From contig MQRK01218349.1 in assembly GCA_001938485.1 (NCBI GenBank), positions 1 through 53,428 on the forward strand: a DNA stretch of 53,428 nucleotides. Direction: 5' to 3'. The notes under the pieces were generated by a model. It saw nothing but the letters and a program-made list of their open reading frames with translations, was not told the origin of the DNA and searched no databases. Every line of letters starts with the position of its first letter. The stretch's first letter is position 1. This document shows positions 14,201 to 27,400 of the stretch, in pieces. This stretch comes from Girardia tigrina (taxonomy: Eukaryota). A program made the translations under genes and the position numbers.

Positions 14201-15439
14201 GCATATACCGACAACGATCGAGCTTGCGTCGCACCACACACGTATGAGAAACAGTAATCGTAATTAAATCGTAACAATTTTAACAATCGTAATTAAATCC
14301 GATTGCTATTTCTCCACAGATATTATGAGAAACAGCACAAATAAATGACTACGTACATTTTTCAAAGATTATTTTTTATTATTTTTATTATAACCTTGCT
14401 ATGGTGATTTTTTACGTTGATATTGTCTATGTGGAGCTAGAGTCGCTTGAATACCTGATAGAACTTCAAAATAACGTGGAAAAGGCTTGCCATGGATCTG
14501 ACGCACACAACAGAAGGGAAATTCAATACTCTGGTGTATTGCACGCTGGGCCGGTTCACTGTGTAGAGAAAAATCTTCTCGGAAGATGATTTGGATATAT
14601 ACGCTGAATTGAAGTCAATATTTAATGAGCTCGGTCCACCACAAAAGCTACTGCTCGACCATTTTACGACACATCAAGGAATGATAACTCGTGAATTTTA
14701 ATCCGGAATGGGTATCGAGATAGGGTTTTCTTTCGTCAATAGGCCATGGAGAAAAGCAATAGTGATGCGCTGTCACCGAACCATCGAGGGTGCAGCAAAC
14801 AGCATGGTCAATTCCACTCTAAACTCGAATGGAGTAATCCCAACTATCACAGTGTTCACTCAGAGGCGGCGGCTATCGTTTCCAGTGGAATTTGCGAAGC
14901 AGCTTTTGAGGTCTTGCAGTTCAGAGCATACGCTGGACCTACAATTGGAAGACTCAATTTTTGTAAGGCTGACTAACCCAACATGCGCGAAGCGGTGGAG
15001 GGATGCAGTAGTAAATGGTTTGAGCCATCAATTTATTATTTCTAATTCTTATTTATTGTTTTTCTTTTATACCTAACTTACATATACTACGAGTATTTTT
15101 ATTAATTCTTGTTAATCTTTTCTAGAATAATAATGAAATGGACAGCAGATCATTTGACGAAAATTTATTCACCAAACTAATATTAAATGAAACACGGTAA
15201 GACTAGTATGAAAGTTTCTGAGTTAAACGGGTTGTTTGAATAATAATATTTATGGTTATTTTATCATTTTAATAATAATTGGAGTTGTAATTTTTAGCAT
15301 AAGAATCATCATTTATACAGGAGTAAGAAAAAGTTTAAGACCACCGCGTTATTTTTAATTTTGTTGCTTTAAATATGAAATTGGTCAGTAAATTATTGCA
15401 TTGAATTTGATTTAATTTAAACAACAACTATTTATAAAA

Positions 15440-15471
<32 letters not shown>

Positions 15472-18400
15472 NNNNNNNNNNNNNNNNNNNNNNNNNNNNN
15501 NNNNNNNNNNNNNNNNNNNNNNNNNNNNNNNNNNNNTATATATATATAAATAAATTTTTATAAATAGTTGTTGTTTAAATTAAATCAAATTCAATGCAAT
15601 AATTTACTGACCAATTTCATATTTATATAATGTTATTGAGTCTTGTGGACAGTAATTTGATACATTTGAAAAATAATTTTGCTAAAGCTTTTTTAATAAT
15701 TCCATTTTTTGTATACCATTATCAGTAATTTTAATTAATATTTGTTAGTTGTTGAAGTGCCGGCTGCCGGACCGAGTAGCGGCGGCCAGCACCTCTTAAA
15801 TGTGCGGGAGGATACTGTATTGAGGAACTGATTCACCAGCTCGGTGGGTGTCAGTAACCAGTCAAACCGAGCGGACGTCAGCAGGAGCATCCTTGAATAG
15901 TCGATATCCCATAGCGTGCCGCCGACGTGTGTGAGGCGGTGGAAAGTGTGGCTCGATCAATCGACTCGAAATGACGCAGATCGGTTTGCGGTCAGGCATT
16001 GGAATGATAATTGCGGAAACCATGTTTCCCTCAACGACAAGCTATCCGATGAATTCACATTTTTGAGTAATTCAATGTAGTCACAGTTAAGCGAAATCAA
16101 TTTCAAAATCCACTTTTTAAGACATATTTATTTTTTATTCAAAACATTATACATTTAGTTGACTATTTAAACAAAAACAATTATTGTTGTTAGTTAGTTT
16201 TTTATCAATTATTAATTAATTTTTTTGATAGTTTTTTTCTGTTGTTGTCCGAATCACCACATGAGCCCTCGCCGAAGAATGTGGAGCATAGTTGGATAGG
16301 GGTTTATCAGCTGCGATTGACGTTTGACTGACTGCGGAAGTAACAATTTGTCAAAACGCAGCTGTATTGTGTTGCATGCTTGTTGTGTGTTTTGTTTGCG
16401 GTGCGTGTGTTGTTTGGGTTGTGTTTTTTGGTGCTTGTGATGGGGTGTTGTTGTGGTGACTGTCATTGTTGTTTTGCGTGTCGCTTCTTGGTTTCGTCTC
16501 GGAAACGTTTTGGACTCATGATCCTCCTTCCATATGGCTTTCTCGTGGAGGTGGCAGCTGGTTAATTTTTGGTTGTTTTTTGTCATCGGGTGATGCACGC
16601 TTCTGGTTCGTCTTGCAGCGGCTTGCACTCATCTTGGGGGAGTCCTCCAAGTGTATGCATGGCTTCAGTTTGCAGATATTTATGGTGAGTTCGATGCCGC
16701 TGACCAGGACTTTAGCGGTGTTACTGATGAGTGTGATGTCCAGGAGCTTATGTGTCCCTGTTTAGCGACTTTCTAGGGAGGACGTTGTTTCCTTTTGCAA
16801 ACACACAAACTTTGCAGTCGATAGCTACCAACAACTGTATACACGGACCTCAAGCCCTTGACTTTTTACTTGAACATGAAAAACCCGTCTTCAAAGCAAC
16901 AGCACCAGATTGGGTACCTCTTAGTTCAACATCGATGTCCAACACATCAAGGGAGCCGATAATGTAGTACCATTCACCATTCCTTGTTCACCATTCCCAA
17001 GAAGCTGCGCTAGTCTGTGACCGTCTCAGGGCGGGGGAAGTCCCAGATGGCCTTTATCCTGCTGTCGAGTGGTCGAATCCTTTCCCCCGAAATACTGTGG
17101 CCCAGGAATTCCACCGTCGGTTGAAAGAATTGACATTTGTCAAGCTTGATACGAAGATTGTGGTCTCGTAATCTGGACAGAATTTCGAGCAAATGTTTAT
17201 GGTGCTCCTCTTAATTGCCAGAGGCAATGATGATGTTGTCAACGTAGGCAGCAACGTTGTTAAAACCCCTGAAGACTATGTCTATGTGTCTTTGGAACGT
17301 TTGTGATTACTGTTGTTAGTTAGTTTTTATCAATTATTAATTAATATTTTTGATAGTTTTTTTCTGTTTTTGTCCGAATCACCACAGTTGTAATATTACT
17401 TTTATAATAAATTAGTGTACTTCGAACGACGGAAAATATATATTTATTCTAAATTTATTAAAATTAATTCAATTTGAACATTACTCAAATAATGAATATT
17501 AAAACACACATTTCAATAACTCAGAAAAACAAATATTAATATGTTTCATTCTACATCTCCCCCAGATTCATAAGAATCTAAATCGTCCCATGAGACATAG
17601 TCCTGAAATCTCGTTAGCGGTCGACGCTCTCGGACAATTGATTCCGTGTCAACTGGAACGAGGAGGAGAATCGCTCAGCTCCGAGACAATCAACTCGGAT
17701 CGCGGTCTTAGGTCATCGAAATGACGGAACGAATCAACATTTCTGATGGAGACAAGAAATTTAAGTGAACTAATTACTTCTTTCCATCTTTCATTACAGC
17801 GCTGGATCTGGTTTGGTTTCACCCAAACTTTTTCTCCAACCCTGAACTTAATTGAACAAAAGGTTCCAATACTTGTTTTATCGGTTGAGATACCGATCAA
17901 CTTCAACCGAGGCTTATACCCATAAAGAAATTCGACTGGTGGCTTATCGCTTATTCCGGAAGTGTTATTCATCCAGTAAAACGCTTCCTGGATCCCATTT
18001 CTAGCTCTCGCGACTAACGCCTTGACGGTCCGGTGGCTCCTTTCGATAATTCCATTCCAACTCGGTCTGTTCACGGCTAGATACACTACATTAATATTCC
18101 AGACATCCATCTCAGCAGTAAAAGATTCAGAATGAAAAGACACATAATTATCCGCTAACAACTCAGCAGGGGCTCCAAGTTCGAAGAATACATTTCTCAA
18201 ATTCTTAATGACTTCCTGCGCTCCTTCATTTCTAATGAGTATCCAGATAGCAAATCGTGATGGTCCACAGTCAATGAAGGTAAGAAACCTTGACTCCTCG
18301 AACTTCGTGACATCAATTGCAATTCTATTCCAAGTTTTGGTAACATCCAAACTCCCTTTTTCCCATCGAACCGGTGCGGGATCGATAGATTGGCACCGGT

Positions 18401-21400
18401 TACAATGAAAGATGATTTGCCGAATTTTTTAATCACTGATGTTAACTTTGAACTCCTTCGCTAGGAAAATCGATCTCTGGAGTCCCATATGCGTTCTATC
18501 ATGAATTTGCTTAAATCTTTCGATATCCAATTCTAATGAAGCCGAAAGAACGTTGTCACCTTCCATGGAGCGACATAAAAAAGACAATTGTGAAGGAATT
18601 CTCGTTAAGATGTCGGGCATCATTCATCTCAGATCTAACATAGACCACGTGCAGCTTCAAATTATATTCGGAAAGAATATCTTTGAGCAGATTAAGTCTT
18701 TTAAGAATCAATAGCTCAGAAACCACCTTAATTTTGTTTCTTTGCACTTTATCGATCACATTCGATATCCACCCACAAACAACCTGACTGTCGAGTCTCA
18801 ACTCAATGTCCGAAAAACCCCATGCAATCGCTAAGTTTAACCCCTTCACAACCGCTTCAAACTCAACTAGACTGATGTGTCGACAGTCATTGACTTTACG
18901 AAGCCAAGAAGCATCCTCAATTCTCTGTCCATCGACATCTAAACAAACGCCCAGTGCCAGCGTACTGGCATCACACCAAAGAATGACTTTACTATCGTCT
19001 TTCACAGACAAAGTCCCACTGGCGCAATCATTTTCCTTTATTCTTTCTACCATGTCTCCCATGGCTTTCTTCAACTCTTCACGGATCGGACTGTCCCAAT
19101 GTCCGGCAGATTAGCGTTTCGAAACGACGTCGCAACGCGTAACCATCCACATACAGGGTTGATTCCGGTTATTTGGCCACAGAAGGAATAAAGATCACAC
19201 CTAGTTTTGACCTCGTTAAGGTCTAAAAGCAATCTATTTGCCATAATTAAAAAAAAATCATTCTATTTGGAAATTTTTTTTGAACTTAACTTATTGACAG
19301 AATTTAATCCATGTTCTCCGATCGAAACAATGGAGGGCTTTCTTTTCCACCGAACCTCAATCATGGATCGAAAACATTTTGAAGAAAACAATATATTCGA
19401 AAAATACAGTTCTCCTTGACATTTTCATTTGGTTTGTGTTTGAAAGAAATAAAAGCATAACGTTTGTGTATGTGTAGACTTCCGTCTGTTGAATATAATT
19501 ATTTTCAGTCCAGCGTTTCCAGTTTCTTATAGAAACGATGTGTTGAACACTTTAAAAGGAGGATAATATTGTAGTACAACCGATTCAAGAAAAACACATA
19601 CGGTCAAGTAGAGTTGGAAGAAGAGTCAAAGATTAAAATGACATTCTCAAAAAAAGAATGGTCAATAATGTTTCGAAAGAATACTGTCGAAAAAAATCAA
19701 TAAATCAAAATTTTCGAATTTGTATTTTTAAAGAAAATATATTAACTCAAGATTCGCATTAATTCATCGGATTTACCCCCAAAAAACGAAGAAACCTCAT
19801 AAGAAGAATCAACTTTATTTTATAAAGAAATCCTTTTATTCCTGAAACTAAATTTATTTTTTTTATTCCTAACTAAATCCTTTTATTTAAGAAACTAAAT
19901 TCGTTTTAACCTCAGCAGCCATAATTATCAAAACGAACTACATTCAATACTGAATTATACAGGGTGGCCCAATGGGTACGCAGCCTCTAATTTTTGCATA
20001 TTCTAAATCTACTCGTCAAGACGAGTATTTTGATATATAACATGTGAGGTGTAAAAATTCCAGAACTTGACCTTTTTGCGCAATAAAGGTCAAATTTTGA
20101 AACTCAAAATTTTGTTATAAAAATGCATTCATTTTGTGGATTTTTTAATCCTGATTAGGAATATATGGTTATTTTTTTCATAACACTTATGGTTCGAAAG
20201 TTATACGATTTATAAAACTTAACATTTATTGGTCAATGTTGAAAAAATTGAAAGAATAATGTAATAAATAGAAAAATAATCAATGTTTGAATGAAAAAAT
20301 ATATTTGAATAAACGATGCTACATTAATAAAGTAGATGTTCAAAGTGCTTTCCTTCGGTCGCTATCACATGTCGAAGTCGTGTTTCAAAATTTGAAATAG
20401 TCTTTTTCAAAATATCGGATCCAATTTTCTTGATTTCTTGTTCAATTGCGATTTTAAGCTCGTCAAGTGTTGCTGGTTCTGTGCGATAAACCTTGTCTTT
20501 GAGATAGCCCCATAAAANNNNNNNNNNNNNNNNNNNNNNNNNNNNNNNNNNNNNNNNNNNNNNNNNNNNNNNNNNNNNNNNNNNNNNNNNNNNNNNNNNN
20601 NNNNNNNNNNNNNNNNNNNNNNNNNNNNNNNNNNNNNNNNNNNNNNNNNNNNNNNNNNNNNNNNNNNNNNNNNNNNNNNNNNNNNNNNNNNNNNNNNNNN
20701 NNNNNNNNNNNNNNNNNNNNNNNNNNNNNNNNNNNNNNNNNNNNNNNNNNNNNNNNNNNNNNNNNNNNNNNNNNNNNNNNNNNNNNNNNNNNNNNNNNNN
20801 NNNNNNNNNNNNNNNNNNNNNNNNNNNNNNNNNNNNNNNNNNNNNNNNNNNNNNNNNNNNNNNNNNNNNNNNNNNNNNNNNNNNNNNNNNNNNNNNNNNN
20901 NNNNNNNNNNNNNNNNNNNNNNNNNNNNNNNNNNNNNNNNNNNNNNNNNNNNNNNNNNNNNNNNNNNNNNNNNNNNNNNNNNNNNNNNNNNNNNNNNNNN
21001 NNNNNNNNNNNNNNNNNNNNNNNNNNNNNNNNNNNNNNNNCTTTTTCACTAATCGGTTGATTAATTTGAATCTTGTAAGGGAATAAAGCTAGATCTAATT
21101 TCATTATTCTTTGTATAGATGATCTTTGTATTCCGAGTACTCTTGAGGCCTGTCTTTGGATTGATTCGGGATTCTCTTGAAAATAATTTTGTACGGACTC
21201 AATGTTCTCTTCCGTTCTTACAGTCTTGGATTTCGTTTTCATTTCTTCTTTATTATCTAGAACCGTTCCAAATTCCGTGAACTTCTCGTATGCACGATTT
21301 ATTGTAGTTGGATCAATTTAATAATGGCTTCCAAACTCAATTCTAAATTCTTTAGCCACTTCGGTTGCCGATTTCAGTTCGTGGAACTTAAGAACCATGA

Positions 21401-24400
21401 AAATTCGTTGTTTAACGCTATATTTACTCATTTTTGGAAGCTTAAAAATAAAAAAATTATTTAATAAAATACAACAATTAAGGTTAATTAAACTAGTTCT
21501 TACCAGAAGTGATAAATTTAACTAAATTAGCTATCAAAATACAGATCTATAATTAATCTCTCGCAAGTTAATGCCAAANNNNNNNNCAAATGCTTTTTAA
21601 TCAATTGACAAAATACAACGATAGGGTTTTTTCATAAATTTAAAATATTTAATTTGTTTTTTATGAAACTGACCAATAAATGTTAAGTTTTATAAATCGT
21701 ATAACTTTCGAACCATAAGTGTTATGAAAAAAATAACCATATATTCCTAATCAGCATTAAAAAATCCACAAAATGAATGCATTTTTATAACAAAATTCTG
21801 AGTTTCAAAATTTGACCTTTATTGCGCAAAAAGGTCAAGTTCTGGAATTTTTACACCTCACATGTTATATATCAATATACTCGTCTTGACGAGTAGATTT
21901 AGAATATGCAAAAATTAGAGGCTGCGTACCCATTGGGCCACCCTGTATATTCATTCAAGAAACCAGAATATTTATTAATATACTTTATAGATATCGCCAC
22001 AATTTTTCGAGGAACTATCGACACTCAAAATATTTTTCATTATATACTTATTCCCTTATAATCAATGATTGATAAATTTATTTATTAACATATAATATTA
22101 AGCCAAAAATATTGATTAAGCTAATATATAATGATTCTTTTTTATTCTTTTTTTATTGTACATGATATGTACATGTATTTGAGAATTCTAATAGGTCCCA
22201 TTTTGACCTCCTCCGCCATTCTAGAGTAAATGAGGATGGAATCATTTACTGAAATGTTTCACCGTTTATAAAATCTACCTTTTTTCTAGAAATCATAAGG
22301 TCAAAAAGATGTTAATGGATACTGTAAGAAAAACAATCATTAATCAATTTATGTTTCTAGTTAGGTGCTAACTGCATTCAAATTAATATTTCTTTAGAAC
22401 GTAATCAGAATAAACATCATAAAATTCCAAACCTCAATTCATATATATTTATACATAGATATACGAATCGAATCTGTTTTTTTTGAGTTACTAAAAAGTG
22501 AAAAACATGTTAGTCTTTTTCACAGTTTTGACATTTATTGAACTCTTCTTTCAGATTTCTGTATTCAGCATCCATTTCCTTATTTTTTATATTTGATTAT
22601 TTAAATAAAATATTTTATTACATTTTGGTTATATTTATATATTTTTTATATAATAACTCTAAATGCTTTTAATATTATATTTACTTAAGAGACGTAAGAT
22701 TAGCCATGGGTCACCAAATCCATAATTTTATTCTTCAATGCTCTTTTCTCGGAGAAAAATGCAATATTGACAAGTAATTATTCAATATTCCATTATTATT
22801 CAATATTTTATGAATGTGAGTTATTTGTGGAATTAGAATTAATTCAATAATCTGATAGAATTTATTTAAATTAATAATGTAATCACAAAACAGTCAATTC
22901 ATTTTTTTTATAAAATTGATATTCTAAATTTGGAACAATAAATAAGGTGAACAATTTGTCCCGTGTCCTGTGACGTTTTTCCAAAGTCCAGACTTAAGAA
23001 TTAAGTCAAATTTTATATTTATGAAAATCATTGTTTTGCGTCTTTGGAATTGAACGGGCTACGACGACTAACATATTGCTTTTGCTACCCAGCTACATTG
23101 TATTTGTCTCTAAGATTAAAAATATGTCAAGGAATAAAATGTTATACATTTTTTATATTTTTAAATTGTACTTATGTTAAAAATAAAAAATATTACGATA
23201 TTATTTTTATTTTGTATGAAAATATTTGTTGATACCCCTCCTTCAGAGTTGTCCCGCTTTGCCCACCTAATAATCTGGTCACCTTAATAAATATCATTTA
23301 AGTGCAAAACATCTTACGTAAATGTTATTTTCAATTACAAAAAAGTGACCCTCACTGTCTCTTTAAAGAATTGAATTTTAATAATAAGACTTATTATATT
23401 AAAAAGTGATTTTATAAATATATTAACAATCAGTGATTCTAAGAATAACCAATTTAGTTAATAATACAATGTGAAATGAAAATCTACTATAATACAGAAT
23501 AATAGTACCAACCAAATTCAAATCATATCCTTTCAGATTTCAATTTCAATATAAAGTCGAGAGCAGTCAACTGTACCCGGCAGTAAGTTTCATTACTTTT
23601 TATGTTTTCGTCTCGTAATTCAATGGTTACATATTCAGTATAACATTTTCATAACTAATCCAAAACTAAGATGAGGAAAAAATGAACTAACAAGAGTTCA
23701 CTAATATTTCGTATAGCCACTTGAAACAACATGTAAGATAGAAATACGATTAGTCATAGAGTCAATCAATTTCCTCTTGTAGTTCGCATCTCCCATGATA
23801 TCTACCTAATTTATTCTTATGTATCGAAGAGTTGATTAGAATCAGCTGAATGCTCATAATCCCTCTTGAGAATATCCTCTATATTTCCCCACACATTCTC
23901 GATCGGCTTCATATCTGGGCTTGTGCTAGGTCAATGTTAGACGCCTGTTAGCTCTAGATATTATTTTGTTGCTCTTGATGTAGCGCAGGAATATTGTCCT
24001 GTTGAAAAAAACTACCATTGGTTAGTAATGTAGGTAAGTATGGTAGAAACGCATCTTGTAATATTAGGGTGAGTCATAAGTTGTGGGGCACTTTTTATTA
24101 AAAATTAAAATGTTCATAAAACAACGCACAATAAAGATTATGATTCGAAATAAAGTCCATTATGTTCAATACANNNNNNNNNNNNNNNNNNNNNNNNNNN
24201 NNNNNNNNNNNNNNNNNNNNNNNNNNNNNNNNNNNNNNNNNNNNNNNNNNNNNNNNNNNNNNNNNNNNNNNNNNNNNNNNNNNNNNNNNNNNNNNNNNNN
24301 NNNNNNNNNNNNNNNNNNNNNNNNNNNNNNNNNNNNNNNNNNNNNNNNNNNNNNNNNNNNNNNNNNNNNNNNNNNNNNNNNNNNNNNNNNNNNNNNNNNN

Positions 24401-27400
24401 NNNNNNNNNNNNNNNNNNNNNNNNNNNNNNNNNNNNNNNNNNNNNNNNNNNNNNNNNNNNNNNNNNNNNNNNNNNNNNNNNNNNNNNNNNNNNNNNNNNN
24501 NNNNNNNNNNNNNNNNNNNNNNNNNNNNNNNNNNNNNNNNNNNNNNNNNNNNNNNNNNNNNNNNNNNNNNNNNNNNNNNNNNNNNNNNNNNNNNNNNNNN
24601 NNNNNNNNNNNNNNNNNNNNNNNNNNNNNNNNNNNNNNNNNNNNNNNNNNNNNNNNNNNNNNNNNNNNNNNNNNNNNNNNNNNNNNNNNNNNNNNNNNNN
24701 NNNNNNNNNNNNNNNNNNNNNNNNNNNNNNNNNNNNNNNNNNNNNNNNNNNNNNNNNNNNNNNNNNNNNNNNNNNNNNNNNNNNNNNNNNNNNNNNNNNN
24801 NNNNNNNNNNNNNNNNNNNNNNNNNNNNNNNNNNNNNNNNNNNNNNNNNNNNNNNNNNNNNNNNNNNNNNNNNNNNNNNNNNNNNNNNNNNNNNNNNNNN
24901 NNNNNNNNNNNNNNNNNNNNNNNNNNNNNNNNNNNNNNNNNNNNNNNNNNNNNNNNNNNNNNNNNNNNNNNNNNNNNNNNNNNNNNNNNNNNNNNNNNNN
25001 NNNNNNNNNNNNNNNNNNNNNNNNNNNNNNNNNNNNNNNNNNNNNNNNNNNNNNNNNNNNNNNNNNNNNNNNNNNNNNNNNNNNNNNNNNNNNNNNNNNN
25101 NNNNNNNNNNNNNNNNNNNNAATGAACATAAAATCATGATTTTCTTACAAATACTGAAACTTCAGTTTATGAGCTTTATTACGATATACAAATTCAATTA
25201 ATATCGGATTCGACAATTCATGTTGTAATTAAAGATAATAGGTGAATATAACTCGGGGAATTCCATATGCCACCTTGAATTCTGTACAGAGGTTTGTAAT
25301 CATGCAATATGAAGGCTCCACAGATTATGTAATTTCCCCTATTTCGGTTTTCATGATATCTCATCCTACCATTGTCCTCATACACATGTCATCATAACGT
25401 TCACCAATATGAAGATACATACTTTACCATTATTACTACTTAGGGAGAAGCTACTCTAATCACTGAATGCTATTCTTCTCCAATCTTCAAATGTCTTGTG
25501 TAAAGGATCCTGTACCCATCGGCATCATAGAGTTTTTAATCTTTCTTTCAGTTTGGGCGTCTCTGCTGATGCGTGAGCATTAATCCATTTTCACATAATC
25601 TGCGTCTAAAAGGAAAATATACTTGCTGGATTTTAATAACTGCAGGAAATCTATCTGCATAAGTAAGGCTTGCCATATACCGTTCATCTTGTATAGTAGT
25701 TATTTTCTTACTGCCACAGTTCAATCTTTCACTTTCTTTGGGGTCGTCACTGCTCAATCGTTGACAAAATATTTAACTTATCAGTGATCTCTTGATAGGC
25801 AGCAAAACATAATACATCCTAGTCCAAAATCAGATAAATCCACGCCCCTTTGTTTATCACCATCAGCGTCCATTTTACTCTAAATGATTTGTAAGTAGCG
25901 TTTTTGCTACTTTCAGTATTATCAAATTCCGAAACCATAATTTAACACCACAAATTTTATTAATATCAACCATTCACATTTTTAAACAAATTTCTTAATA
26001 ATTCAATTATTTCGCCGAAAATTAATTCATTAAATTTTTTCGATTAAATTTTGAAAATTTACGAAATTTAAACTTTCATTTATTTTACATTTTTAATGAA
26101 ATTTAACGACATTTAAACTTTATATTAATTCAAACATTTTACGAAACTTTATCTTAAAAACTAATTAATTTAAATTTACGATAAACCCTTTTATTAAAAA
26201 ATTATTTCTTAAAATATTAATCCGTTAATTATTTATTTTAAAATTTATTTAAACCTATTTCATAAATTTTATTAAAATATATCAATTGTTATTACTGTAA
26301 GCATATTTTAAATTAGTATTTATTTTTATTATATTTTCACTCTACATTTTAATTTTATAATTTATTTCTTTTAAATTTTCAAATTAAAAAATAATAAACT
26401 ATTTTGGTGAAACTTAAATTTAAACTAACCCCTTATATGATTAATTAAAACACTGAAAAATAAACAATTATAAGTCATGATCATATCATAAATACAACAA
26501 TATATTTCGAATAACAATAAAAATTATTAAAAATTATATAAATTCAAGTAAAAGTAAATAAAAACATAACAAATTTTCTGCTGAGTACGATTCACTGCTC
26601 GCGACTGTATGAAACGATGACAATTTCAAACTGGAAAATATTTTCTACTGTTATAAACATCCTAAAAATTTGTATTCTCCAAAAATATCTTGATAATTTA
26701 AGACAGATTTTCCTCTGATAGAAATTAATAGTAATAAATAATTAAGTAAATATTCCAAAATTTCTAGTCTTTCAAAATTTTTGGCAATTATCGAAAAATA
26801 TTTATCAACATGTTGACAGGGCCTTTTTTAACATGTTGACTGGTGGACATTTACCCCCCCCCACCAGTGACCAAAAATGCCACCAGTCCAAGGCAAAAGT
26901 GATAGACTGGGAGGGCAATTTTTTAAAATCGATTTTTAAAAATACCTTTCTCTTTTTTTGCGATCATGACCTGATGCTTTTGCAACAACAGAAGATTTAA
27001 ACTTCACTGTTCTAGCAGAAGACTGAACCACAAATACACATATTGGCCCCTTCGCATCAGAAGAATACATTATCAGCATTTCTCACAATACTATGGAATG
27101 GTACAAGCACAAAAAAGTGAATGTAAAATGGTAAGTAGAAAATAATAGGGACTGATTGGAAGCATTTATGTTTGCACCTGCTGAAGGGAAGTGTAAAATA
27201 CAATATACAACTGTAAAATTGAAGCCTGTCATAGATCACCTTGACTCAATCTTCCATAAGGCAGCAGTGCGACAAGTAGATTCAAATTCCTTCCTCTCAT
27301 CACCATTGGCTGAAATGTTAGTGTGAGAAATATTTAGTTTTTGTGTAGTGTTTGCATGTTAAAATTTTGTATGTTGATTTGGGATTGTGCCTCTCCTAAT

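Noticed and set aside
15371-15625. ~100-bp perfect inverted repeat around (TA)n and an N gap
   Set aside because: Mirror symmetry centred on a gap in a TA microsatellite is a typical assembly artefact; cannot be supported as a real hairpin.
16380-16565. Hydrophobic Cys-rich ORF (also 42680..42979)
   Set aside because: Antisense reading of A/C-rich retroelement sequence, not membrane proteins.
23537-23582. Exon-like segment with tttcag| and |gtaagt signals inside intron 4
   Set aside because: 46 nt would frameshift the channel ORF, and exons 4 and 5 already join with family-typical spacing; at most a poison or cryptic exon.
24083-25201. Long ORFs in the ORF track (also 20324-21242 in part, 35108-35617, 52642-53032)
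   Set aside because: They consist mostly of N-gap X residues.
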